A stretch of DNA of 64,000 nt from Actinomycetota bacterium (GTDB lineage: Bacteria > Actinomycetota > Actinomycetes > S36-B12 > UBA5976): NCBI GenBank assembly GCA_947448865.1, contig CANFOW010000001.1:4845-68844 (forward strand), read 5' to 3'. Below the pieces are notes generated by a model. That model had not been told where the DNA came from and did not search any database. It saw nothing but the letters and a program-made list of their open reading frames with translations. Numbering within the stretch: the stretch's first letter is position 1; each line of letters opens with the position of its first letter. The translations under genes and the position numbers were made by a program. This document shows, piece after piece, positions 8,307 to 17,352 of this stretch.

Positions 8307-9905
8307 ATGTCGACAACTGTGTGGCGAAATGGATCCGTGTGGATTAGCGCAGGACAAAGCACGCATGCACTTGCAGCTCGCGATGGCGTCATCGTGGCAC
8401 ATGGCGATGATGCACTCGCACTCATCGACCAAGCACATGACGTGATTGACCTAGATGGCAAGACTCTCGGTCCTGGCTTCGGAGATGGCCACGCACACCC
8501 TGTGTTCGGTGGAATTGAAACTTTGTTTGCGCCCGTGCGAGGACATGACACTCTGGAACATTTACTCGCGGCAGTAAAAAAGTGGGCAGACGAGAATCCC
8601 GATGCAGAATGGGTACGCGGCGAAGGGTACGACCCCAGCTTGGCGCCCCGTGGCGAGTTTGACGCGAAGTGGTTAGACGACATCGTCCCAGATCGTCCCG
8701 TTGTTTTACGCGGAATGGATTACCACACAGCATGGGTTAACACTGCGGCGTTAGAGCGAGCAGGAATTACCGGAAGCACGCCGCAACCTATTGATGGCGA
8801 CATCGCAATGCGTCCCGACGGTACTCCGATGGGAACGCTTCGTGAATGGGGTGCGTGGGGAATGGTGTACGACTTACTCCCGCCGCTAAGTAAAGAACAA
8901 CAAATCATTGCAGTTCAAGCGGCCTCTGCTGCCTTTGCTAGTTGCGGTGTGACGTGGGCGCAGGATGCGTGGGTTTCACCTGAGACGTTGGATGCGTGGC
9001 TTGCAGGTGCTCACGCAGGTGTGCTGACATTCCGCGCAAACCTGGCATGGCTTGCAGAACCCGAAGGTAAATGGCGCGATGCATTTCCCACTTTCAGCGA
9101 ATTCAAAGCTTGCGTTGATCGCGAAGCTCCCGAGTTGCTCACAGGTGGCACCATCAAGTTTTTCGCCGACGGTGTACTTGAAGGTGGCACTGCGGCAGTT
9201 CTCGAACCCTACTGTGACTGCCCTACCTCACACGGAATTCCAAACTGGCGTCGAGAAGAGCTCATTGAAGCTGTCGCGGAATGTGTTGCACTCGGTTTCC
9301 AGCCTCACATTCACGCAATCGGTGATGCGGGTGTGCGCAATGCGCTCGACGCATTCGAAAACGCCATTGCAATCCACGGAACTGCTAACAACCCGATCAT
9401 GGCGCACTGCCAACTTGTTGATGAGCAAGACATGGATCGGTATCGCGAACTCGGTGTGATTGCGAACTTCGAACCGTTGTGGGCTCAGTTAGAAGCCGAG
9501 CAAACTGTTTTGACGATCCCACGTTTGGGCCAAGAACGTGCTGACCGGCAATACCCGATTGCTACCCTGTTGCGTTCTGGTGCAAAAGTTTCGTTTGGCT
9601 CCGACTGGCCAGTGACTAGCCCCGTTCCTATGCAAGGAATCGGTATTGCAGTCACGCGTACCACAGATCATGGTGTTGGACCGTGGGTCCCGAGCGAGTG
9701 CCTGACTCTTGATGAAGCGCTCACCGCCTATACATATGGAGTTGCCGTACAAGCAGGTGAAACCCAGGCCTGGGGAGACCTCGCCATTGGCAAACGCGCT
9801 GATGTCGTGTTGTTTGATACTGACATTCATTCCGTTACGCCATTTGATTTGCGTAAGGTTGGCGTTTTAGGCACGTGGCTTGGTGGCAAACGGGTCTTCG
9901 GTTAG
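8307..9905 (+). CDS. YtcJ-like metal-dependent amidohydrolase (Amidohydro_3 type)
   Basis: GFGDGHAHPVFGG metal-binding HxH motif, HIHAIGD and a C-terminal GSDWPV block, with typical length. Confidence 0.75.
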   Translation: MSTTVWRNGSVWISAGQSTHALAARDGVIVAHGDDALALIDQAHDVIDLDGKTLGPGFGDGHAHPVFGGIETLFAPVRGHDTLEHLLAAVKKWADENPDAEWVRGEGYDPSLAPRGEFDAKWLDDIVPDRPVVLRGMDYHTAWVNTAALERAGITGSTPQPIDGDIAMRPDGTPMGTLREWGAWGMVYDLLPPLSKEQQIIAVQAASAAFASCGVTWAQDAWVSPETLDAWLAGAHAGVLTFRANLAWLAEPEGKWRDAFPTFSEFKACVDREAPELLTGGTIKFFADGVLEGGTAAVLEPYCDCPTSHGIPNWRREELIEAVAECVALGFQPHIHAIGDAGVRNALDAFENAIAIHGTANNPIMAHCQLVDEQDMDRYRELGVIANFEPLWAQLEAEQTVLTIPRLGQERADRQYPIATLLRSGAKVSFGSDWPVTSPVPMQGIGIAVTRTTDHGVGPWVPSECLTLDEALTAYTYGVAVQAGETQAWGDLAIGKRADVVLFDTDIHSVTPFDLRKVGVLGTWLGGKRVFG

Positions 9906-9920
9906 ACCAGAATCAGCATT

Positions 9921-10604
9921 GTGGAACTAACTCCAAGCGAACTTGATCGGTTGCTGATTTTCAGTGCAGCACAGCTTGCAGAGTCTCGTCGTGCTCGAGG
10001 TACGAAACTCAATCACCCTGAAGCGACTGCACTGATAGCGAACGCTGTTATCGAAGCAGCTCGTGATGGTGCCACACATGCGCAAGCAATCCACGCGGGT
10101 GTGAATGCGGTATCACCGGATGAATTACTTGACGGAATCGACTCGATGTTGTCTGGCATCAGTGTCGAAGCAGTGTTCAATGATGGACGGCGTTTAGTCG
10201 TGATTGATTTCCCCAGTAATTCCGATTCTTCGACACCGGGTTCGGTTACTCGCCTAGTTCAACAATCAGAATTGCAGTCAGATGATCTTGTGACATTAGA
10301 TGTGCACAACAATTCCACAGTCGACATTTCCGTGACTACACACATGCACTTTTTTGAAGTGAACCCGCGACTTATTTTTGATCGTGAAGCAAGTTACGGT
10401 CGCCATCTTTTTATTCCTGCAGGTGAGCATGTTGATTTCCCGGCAGGTCAAACAACGAGCGTGACTCTTGTTCCCATAACAGGCAACCGAATCATTATCG
10501 GGTTCGCAGGCCTTGTCGATGGTCCGCTTGATGCACCTGGTGCTCGCGAAGAAGCTATGCGTCGAGCCCGTGAACTTGGTTATCTCTCAGGAGACAAGTC
10601 ATGA
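9921..10604 (+). CDS. ureAB: Urease gamma-beta fusion subunit homologue
   Basis: MELTPSELDRLLIFSAAQLAESRRARGTKLNHPEA matches the UreA N-terminus. HMHFFEVNPRLIFDR and GNRIIIGFAGLVDG match UreB. GTG start. Confidence 0.85.
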   Translation: MELTPSELDRLLIFSAAQLAESRRARGTKLNHPEATALIANAVIEAARDGATHAQAIHAGVNAVSPDELLDGIDSMLSGISVEAVFNDGRRLVVIDFPSNSDSSTPGSVTRLVQQSELQSDDLVTLDVHNNSTVDISVTTHMHFFEVNPRLIFDREASYGRHLFIPAGEHVDFPAGQTTSVTLVPITGNRIIIGFAGLVDGPLDAPGAREEAMRRARELGYLSGDKS

Positions 10605-12271
10605 GTGAGCAGGACATTGCAGTTCATGGTGCACGTGCCGGCGACTTTGTGCGTCTTGGCGATACGCATCTTGTTGTCCGAGTTGAAGCAGATGATCGCC
10701 AACGCGGGAATGAACTTCAAATTGGTTTTGGCAAGAACGCTCGTGACGGCATTGGCATGCAATCTATTCGCCCAAGTAAATCGTGTGATGTTGTCATTAC
10801 CAACGTGCTCGTGATTGATGCAGTACTTGGAATTCGAGTCACAAGTATCGGCATTAACGAAGGTCGAATTAGCGCCATTGGACGTAGCGGAAACCCAGAC
10901 ACGATGGACGACATCGATGTCGTAGTCGGAAGTGGCACCGTCATCATCCCGGGCGAGGGACTCATCGCAACAGCGGGCGGAATTGATTCGCATGTTCATG
11001 CAATGGCACCTCGGGTCTGCGACGCAGCGCTCTCGAGCGGTGTGACAACGCTGATTGCCCAGGAGTTTGGGCCTTTTTGGGGCGTCGGAGTTGGGTCCAA
11101 ATGGGCACTTGGGCATGGGCATAAACAATTTGCAGCCTGGCCATTAAACGTCGGCATCCTCGGTCGAGGAGCTGGTTCAACAACTGATCCGCTTTATGAA
11201 GCACTCGAGGGTGGTGTCTGCGGATTCAAAATCCACGAAGACACTGGCGCGCATCCTCGCACGCTTGATACGACGTTGAGTTTCGCAGACGAACATGACG
11301 TCGCGGTGGCATTACATACTGATGGTCTTAACGAGATGATGCACGTTGAAGACACCATTGCTGCGATTGCTGGTCGTGCTGTGCATGCATATCACGTTGA
11401 AGGTTGTGGTGGAGGCCATGCGCCGGATGTTCTTCGACTCGCAGGACACAACAACATTTTGGCTAGTTCAACAAATCCGACATTAGCTTTCGGTATTAAT
11501 GCGGCTGACGAACATGTGGCGATGATTATTTCTGCGCATGGAATGAATCCTGAACTCCCTAGTGACATCGAGCTTGCGCGTCGTCGAGTGCGCAATGCCA
11601 CGATGGCGGCTGAAAATAAATTGCATGACATCGGCGTGATTCCTGTGACTTCCTCTGATGCACTCGGCATGGGTCGCGCAGATGACACATGGCGTAAGAC
11701 TTTTGCGATGGCCAGCATGTTTGCCGATCGCGCAATCCTCGATGGAACTGTTGCGCCTGATGATGTTGTTATCGAAAACGAGCGCGTACTTCGACACATT
11801 GCAAAAATTACAATCAACCCCGCTCTGGTACATGGCCTGAGCCACGAAGTAGGTTCACTGCAAGTCGGATTGCTCGCTGACATTGTGTTGTGGCCGTATC
11901 GCTCATTCGCCAGTAAGCCCAACATGGTCATCAAGTCTGGAATTCCGGCATGGGGTGTTGTTGGCGATCCAGGATCAACAGTTGCCAATGCACAACCTTT
12001 AACTATTAGCGCGCAGTTCGGCGCATTTGGAGCAAGCGCTGCTGAACTCGGCGTTCACTTCACTAACGCTATGAGCACCACGACTGTCGAAGGTAGACGC
12101 AGCGTGCCAGTCAAGAACACTCGCACAGTTCGCGGCACAGACATGGTGCGCCACGGAGTCCTTGGCACAATCGATGTCGACGTCCACGATTACACCGTGC
12201 GCTTCAATGGCGACATCGTCACATGTAACCCACTCAGCGAATCTCCACTAACCCGAAAGTATGTGTTGTAA
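10601..12271 (+). CDS. ureC: Urease alpha-subunit homologue; metal ligands conserved, active-site flap divergent
   Basis: GGIDSHVH (HxH), GFKIHEDTG (carbamylated-Lys position), ALHTDGLNE, HAYHVEGCGGGHAPD, SSTNPT and TSSDALGMGR (Asp ligand). The canonical MVCHHL flap motif reads IISAHGM. ATGA overlap with ureAB. Confidence 0.85.
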   Translation: MSEQDIAVHGARAGDFVRLGDTHLVVRVEADDRQRGNELQIGFGKNARDGIGMQSIRPSKSCDVVITNVLVIDAVLGIRVTSIGINEGRISAIGRSGNPDTMDDIDVVVGSGTVIIPGEGLIATAGGIDSHVHAMAPRVCDAALSSGVTTLIAQEFGPFWGVGVGSKWALGHGHKQFAAWPLNVGILGRGAGSTTDPLYEALEGGVCGFKIHEDTGAHPRTLDTTLSFADEHDVAVALHTDGLNEMMHVEDTIAAIAGRAVHAYHVEGCGGGHAPDVLRLAGHNNILASSTNPTLAFGINAADEHVAMIISAHGMNPELPSDIELARRRVRNATMAAENKLHDIGVIPVTSSDALGMGRADDTWRKTFAMASMFADRAILDGTVAPDDVVIENERVLRHIAKITINPALVHGLSHEVGSLQVGLLADIVLWPYRSFASKPNMVIKSGIPAWGVVGDPGSTVANAQPLTISAQFGAFGASAAELGVHFTNAMSTTTVEGRRSVPVKNTRTVRGTDMVRHGVLGTIDVDVHDYTVRFNGDIVTCNPLSESPLTRKYVL

Positions 12272-13267
12272 ATGTCCTATCGTGTACACGCTCAAGGAAC
12301 TGGTGCTCAACGCGGCGCCCAACTCGGCGAACAGTTCATTGAGGCACTGCCTCGAGCGTGGGATCGCTGGGTTGCGCACTTTGAAACTAACAACGTTGAT
12401 CCGCATGATTTAGCTGACCGACTCACTCGAGTAGGTGCCTGGGACACTGCCCGCAAGCACCTTCCCGACCTCGTGGACGAACTTGAGGCAATGGCGCACG
12501 CAGCCGGAATGCCGTGGCACAAGGTGGCCGCACTGTCGATGCTCGATGAGTCGTGGGCGTTAACGGGTGGAATGGCGTGTACCTCTATTGCAATCACACG
12601 TGACGGTGTTCGCGTTGCGGGACAAAACATGGATTTACCCGCCTGGACTGACACCATGCAAACCGTTCTCAATGTGAAAGATGCCAACGGACTCGGGGTG
12701 GTTGCAGCCACTTACCCTGGCTCGCTTGCGACATGTGGAGCGAACTCACAAGGTGTGGTTGTCATAGTTAATGCACTCGACCTGGCAACGGACATGAACG
12801 GTATGCCAGTGGATTTCGTAACCCGAGGTGCTTTGCATCATGACACAGCCGCCGATGCCATTGCCTTTATTCGCAGCATTCCGAATGCTGTCGGCCAGAC
12901 CTACACCGTGCTCGATGCACACGACCTATTTATGGTCGAAGCTGCGGCCGATGGCGTCATCGACGTACCGTTACACGAGGTTGTTTCAGTGCACACCAAC
13001 CACGCATTCACACGCGACCATGACATTTCAGAAAGTTCAATCACCCGCCTGACCGCAATTGAATCAACTCGAAGCTCGTTAACGTCTAGAGAGGCTCTCG
13101 AAGCATCTCTGACAAACAAAGAATCTGGCGTATGCCAAGTCCTGGGTCGATTCACTGCGGACATGTACTCGTTTATGGGCGTTCTTGGCGATTCACTTGA
13201 GCGTCGGGTCTGGGTAAATGTGTCACCTGCCACAGGTGGGCTATTCGAGGAAGTTTCATTTCTCTAA
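12272..13267 (+). CDS. Peptidase C45 / acyl-CoA:6-aminopenicillanic-acid acyltransferase-like Ntn hydrolase
   Basis: GTGAQRGAQLGEQF N-terminus and a candidate nucleophile Cys103 in GGMACTSI. This is the position of the autoproteolytic Cys in the family as I recall it. The gene starts directly after the ureC stop. Confidence 0.65.
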   Translation: MSYRVHAQGTGAQRGAQLGEQFIEALPRAWDRWVAHFETNNVDPHDLADRLTRVGAWDTARKHLPDLVDELEAMAHAAGMPWHKVAALSMLDESWALTGGMACTSIAITRDGVRVAGQNMDLPAWTDTMQTVLNVKDANGLGVVAATYPGSLATCGANSQGVVVIVNALDLATDMNGMPVDFVTRGALHHDTAADAIAFIRSIPNAVGQTYTVLDAHDLFMVEAAADGVIDVPLHEVVSVHTNHAFTRDHDISESSITRLTAIESTRSSLTSREALEASLTNKESGVCQVLGRFTADMYSFMGVLGDSLERRVWVNVSPATGGLFEEVSFL

Positions 13268-13284
13268 GGTCATAGGCTCTAGCC

Positions 13285-14535
13285 ATGGCAAATACTGATG
13301 TTCAGGTCACCGTCATTGGTGGCGGCGCTGTTGGTCGAGCAACTGCATGGCAGCTCGCAAAAGAAGGAATCAAGGTTCGAGTCGTTGACTCCGGTGAACC
13401 GCGTTTTGGAACTTCAATGGCAAATGCCGGTTGGGTTGCTCCAAGTCACATCATTCCTTTTGCGGCCCCAGGCATGGTGTCGATGGGTGTTAAAGAGCTT
13501 GTAAAGCGTTCAGGTGCCTTCGGGGTGTCACCTGCTGCGGGACCATCGCTGGCATCATGGACTTTGAAATTTATGCGTGCCTGCACGATGGAACACGTTG
13601 ATCGCAATGCGCCCGCACTTAACGAGTTGCTCCAACGCAGCATGGGCCTTTTTGATGATCTCATTGTGAACCATGGTTTGCGACGCACCGAAAAAGCGTT
13701 GTACTACATTTTTTCCTCAGATCGTGCCGAGGAACTTGCTCATGAAGAACATGACCTTTTTACAGATCATGGTGTTGCAACAAAACTTGTTGACGTTGAA
13801 TCTGCCCGCAGCGATCTTCCTATCCTTAAAGACAGTGTTAAAGCAGTACTCGAACTCACAACGGACTACGGAATTGATCCACGTCGCTTTGTGAACTTAC
13901 TCGGCGAACTCAACACCGGTTCGGGCGTGGAATACCGCACTGGCGAAACTGTTAAGAATGTTGTTCATCGTGCTGACTTAGTTCATGTCACAACGGATAA
14001 AGATTCCTGGACAAGTGATTACGTTGTTCTTGCTGCTGGCACATGGTCGGGTGAAATTGCGAAAATGGTTGGCTCGTCCTTGAGCATCATTGCAGCTAAG
14101 GGCCATTCTGTGACTCTGCCCAACATGACCAACATGCCCGATCGCCCCATGATGCTTGCCGAGCAACGTTTAGCGACTAACCCCGAAGCAAACGGCTACC
14201 GCATGAGTACTGGCTTTGCTTTAACGTCAAATAACGATCGCTCAATTAATCACAAAGCAATCGACAAGTTGTACGCAACCGCGAGTCAGGTTCTTCATTT
14301 GCCTGAGCGTGCGGCAAACATTGAGCCGTGGACCGGACTACGACCAGCCAGTCCCGATGGCCTGCCTTACATTGGACCGCTGGCCAACGCCCCACGAGTG
14401 ATTACCGCAACTGGTCACGGCATGATCGGCAACATGTTGGCACTTGGCACTGGCGCCGTAGTAGCCGACATGGTGCAAGAACGTCCGATATCAGGAGAAA
14501 TGCTTAAGTTCTCACCTTCTCGACCAAGTGCATAG
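13285..14535 (+). CDS. FAD-dependent oxidoreductase (DAO / D-amino-acid dehydrogenase-like)
   Basis: N-terminal Rossmann motif VTVIGGGAVGRATAWQLAKEGIKVRVVD and a C-terminal GHGMIG motif. Confidence 0.75.
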   Translation: MANTDVQVTVIGGGAVGRATAWQLAKEGIKVRVVDSGEPRFGTSMANAGWVAPSHIIPFAAPGMVSMGVKELVKRSGAFGVSPAAGPSLASWTLKFMRACTMEHVDRNAPALNELLQRSMGLFDDLIVNHGLRRTEKALYYIFSSDRAEELAHEEHDLFTDHGVATKLVDVESARSDLPILKDSVKAVLELTTDYGIDPRRFVNLLGELNTGSGVEYRTGETVKNVVHRADLVHVTTDKDSWTSDYVVLAAGTWSGEIAKMVGSSLSIIAAKGHSVTLPNMTNMPDRPMMLAEQRLATNPEANGYRMSTGFALTSNNDRSINHKAIDKLYATASQVLHLPERAANIEPWTGLRPASPDGLPYIGPLANAPRVITATGHGMIGNMLALGTGAVVADMVQERPISGEMLKFSPSRPSA

Positions 14536-14564
14536 GGCATTATTGCTTTATCGCCCCACACCTG

Positions 14565-15650
14565 ATGCAAAGGATTTCTGTGACTAATTCGTTCCTGAAC
14601 ATTGCCAACGTCAGCAAAGCATTTACGACCCCCGAGGGTGGCACAGTCCACGCTCTTGATGATGTTTCGCTAGACATTCGAGAAGGCGAATTCTTCGTCA
14701 TGCTTGGCCCATCAGGCTGCGGTAAGACAACGCTGCTTCGTTCTATTGCTGGACTTGAATACCCAGACAGCGGTGTCATCACACTTGATGGCCAGCGCAT
14801 TGATGATTTGCCTGCATACAGCCGACCAGTTAACACTGTGTTCCAGTCATACGCACTGTTTCCACACATGACTGTTGGGCAGAACATCGCGTTTGGTTTG
14901 GAAATGGAAGGCATAAATAAAACCGAAACTGCCAAGCGAGTTTCCGATGCTCTTGATCAGGTATCACTTTCTGGATTAGACAAACGTAAGCCCAGCCAAC
15001 TTTCTGGTGGTCAGCAACAACGCGTTGCGCTGGCTCGTGCATTAGCTAAGCAGCCGAAAGTTCTGCTACTCGACGAGCCACTGAGTGCATTGGATTTGAA
15101 ACTTCGTCGTGGCATGCAAATTGAACTCAAGCGACTTCAGCAACAAACCGGAATCACATTCGTTTTCGTCACCCATGATCAAGAAGAAGCAATGTCGATG
15201 GGTGATCGCATTGCGGTATTTAAAGATGGAAAAATTGTTCAACTTGATACACCGCAAGAAATTTATCGTCGCCCAGTAAATAGTTTCGTCGCAGACTTCA
15301 TCGGTGAAACAAACTTGCTCGATGGAATTGCTACTGCTGATGGCGTACAAGTTCCTGGTGGCGGATTCATCGCCCGGTCCGTTATCGCATCCGATTGTGT
15401 AGTTCCCGCGTCTGGCTCAGTCACGATTGCGATTCGACCTGAAGACTTGAAGATAAGTGATGGCTCAGGTTCATTAAAGGGAATTGTCCGCGATGTGATC
15501 TTTACTGGTGAAACGGTGCGAGTACACATTGACCTTGGAACCACTGAAGTGGTCGCCCACTTACCGTCTTACGGAGTTCGCGTTCCTGACCGCGGTGAAA
15601 CCGTAAGCTTCTCGCCACTAGATCAGTCCGCTCGCACGGTGGCCTCATGA
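14565..15650 (+). CDS. potA: PotA-type ABC transporter ATPase (spermidine/putrescine-import family)
   Basis: Walker A GPSGCGKTT, signature LSGGQQQRVALARAL, Walker B LLLDEPLSALD and a C-terminal TOBE-like region. An alternative GTG start at 14580 has a better SD (AAGGA). Confidence 0.85.
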   Translation: MQRISVTNSFLNIANVSKAFTTPEGGTVHALDDVSLDIREGEFFVMLGPSGCGKTTLLRSIAGLEYPDSGVITLDGQRIDDLPAYSRPVNTVFQSYALFPHMTVGQNIAFGLEMEGINKTETAKRVSDALDQVSLSGLDKRKPSQLSGGQQQRVALARALAKQPKVLLLDEPLSALDLKLRRGMQIELKRLQQQTGITFVFVTHDQEEAMSMGDRIAVFKDGKIVQLDTPQEIYRRPVNSFVADFIGETNLLDGIATADGVQVPGGGFIARSVIASDCVVPASGSVTIAIRPEDLKISDGSGSLKGIVRDVIFTGETVRVHIDLGTTEVVAHLPSYGVRVPDRGETVSFSPLDQSARTVAS

Positions 15651-16549
15651 GCAAAATAGTTCGTGGTCGCCCCGGACAAACCAGTCCCTGGCTAGCAATT
15701 CCAACAATTGCTTACCTATTCCTGACTATTGGTATTCCACTTTTCATCACGGTTGTCTACTCGTTCTTGCAACGGGCAAAAATTGGAATGGGCGTCACCT
15801 GGCACTTCTCGCCTAAGGCGTACAAGGACCTCTTTATCCTAGAAAACCTTGACGGCACAACAACTTTTGATACCCGTTACGTCAAAGTGCTCTGGCATTC
15901 ATTCCAATACTCAGCAGTAACTACTGTGGCAACCGTAGTGCTCTCAATTCCTATTGCGATGTGGATTGCAACGCGAAACGAAAGCACTCGCAATATTTTG
16001 GTCGCCGCAGTCACGTTGCCATTTTGGATTAGCATCCTGATCAGAACATATGGTCTGCGTCAGATTATTGATGACAATGGTCCCATCGGTTGGATTGCTC
16101 ACAAGCTGGGTTACGAGAATTTCCACATCATTTACACACCAATTGCGACAATGATTGGTCTGACCTACGTATTTTTACCGTTCATGATTCTGCCGATTTA
16201 CGCTAGCGCAGAACGATTTGATTTCAGACTCGCAGAAGCTGCCTATGATCTCGGGGCAAAGCGATGGACCGTTTTCCGTCGCATTGTGTTTCCATCGATT
16301 CGCCCGGGCGTGATTGCTGGAATTGCCTTGGTGTTTATTCCGGCACTGGGTTCGTTCCTGCAGTCCGACATGCTCGGTGGTGGCAAGACAAACATGATTG
16401 CCAACGTGATTGCGCTGAACTTCACGCAAGCGCGTAACTGGCCATTTGGTTGCGCACTGTCAGTTCTGCTGATTTTGCTCACGCTTCTCTTGGTGCAAGC
16501 TATCCGATTGATATCCAAGAAGTTCGGAGATCAGGTGAGCTTGGTATGA
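15647..16549 (+). CDS. potB: PotB-type ABC transporter permease
   Basis: Six-TM permease with an EAAxDLGA-type loop (AEAAYDLGAKRWTVFRRIVFP). ATGA overlap with potA. Confidence 0.8.
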   Translation: MSKIVRGRPGQTSPWLAIPTIAYLFLTIGIPLFITVVYSFLQRAKIGMGVTWHFSPKAYKDLFILENLDGTTTFDTRYVKVLWHSFQYSAVTTVATVVLSIPIAMWIATRNESTRNILVAAVTLPFWISILIRTYGLRQIIDDNGPIGWIAHKLGYENFHIIYTPIATMIGLTYVFLPFMILPIYASAERFDFRLAEAAYDLGAKRWTVFRRIVFPSIRPGVIAGIALVFIPALGSFLQSDMLGGGKTNMIANVIALNFTQARNWPFGCALSVLLILLTLLLVQAIRLISKKFGDQVSLV

Positions 16550-17349
16550 GTTCAGTAAAGACGCGCAAGCTTGTCAATCTGAGAAACTTCCCGACATTTC
16601 GTCCGGTGTCTTGGTTTGTGTTGTTTTTCTTGTACATCCCATTGGTGCACGTCATTGTGTACTCGTTTAACTCAAGTCGTATCGCAACAATTTGGGAGCA
16701 CTTCTCAACGAAGTGGTACTTCAAAACCTTCCACAATGACGACATGCAACGCGCACTCAAAAACTCTCTCAAGATTGGTTTCGCTGCCACAATCTTGTCG
16801 ACGGTCTTGGCTGTTCTTGCGGCGCTTGGCTTAGTTCGGATGCGTCGGCTCGGTTCAGCATTTGCGTGGAGCCTCATTGGTGCACCGCTGATCATCGCTG
16901 AAATCGTGTTGGCTGTGGGAACACTTGGATTCTTCATGGCAGTGCACATTCCACTGGGAATCTTTGGCATGGTGCTCGCTCACACCGCATTTTGTATTCC
17001 ATTTGCACTTTTGCCTATCCGCGCACGTCTTGGGCAACTTGATGTGGCGCCATTTGAAGCGGCGGCTGACCTCGGGGCAAATGAACGACAAATTTTGCGC
17101 CGGATTACGTTGCCGTTATTGTCGCCAGCCATTGTTTCTGGGGCTTTATTGGCATTTGCGATCTCGATTGATGACTTTATTACGTCATTTTTCATCTCCG
17201 GACCAGGGTCAACCACCCTTCCGGTTTACATTTTCGGCATGATCCGTTCGACAGTGACACCAGAAGTGGACGCAATATCCACACTGTTGCTGCTGTTCTC
17301 TGGCATTGTGTTGATTAGTTCCTACGTTCTCAACCGAAGAAGGAGATAA
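16546..17349 (+). CDS. potC: PotC-type ABC transporter permease
   Basis: FEAAADLGANERQILRRITLP loop. ATG at 16546 forms an ATGA overlap with the potB stop. The track start at 16450 lies inside potB. Confidence 0.8.
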   Translation: MSSVKTRKLVNLRNFPTFRPVSWFVLFFLYIPLVHVIVYSFNSSRIATIWEHFSTKWYFKTFHNDDMQRALKNSLKIGFAATILSTVLAVLAALGLVRMRRLGSAFAWSLIGAPLIIAEIVLAVGTLGFFMAVHIPLGIFGMVLAHTAFCIPFALLPIRARLGQLDVAPFEAAADLGANERQILRRITLPLLSPAIVSGALLAFAISIDDFITSFFISGPGSTTLPVYIFGMIRSTVTPEVDAISTLLLLFSGIVLISSYVLNRRRR

Positions 17350-17352
17350 ACA

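Noticed and set aside
7689-8683. Large antisense ORFs opposite well-supported genes. Examples: 7689-8186(-), 8195-8683(-), 5184-5552(-), 5799-6206(-), 11392-11988(-), 46564-47055(-), 50052-50621(+), 52665-53018(+) and 16500-16970(-).
   Set aside because: They are shadow ORFs. Their translations are Ser/Arg/Pro/Ala-rich and low in complexity with no motifs. They are fully contained in genes whose products have clear family signatures.
9921-12271. Annotating these genes simply as a canonical nickel urease operon.
   Set aside because: No ureD/E/F/G lies within 64 kb, the flap motif is altered, and the genes are embedded among unrelated amidohydrolases. I therefore report them as urease homologues of uncertain substrate and metal.
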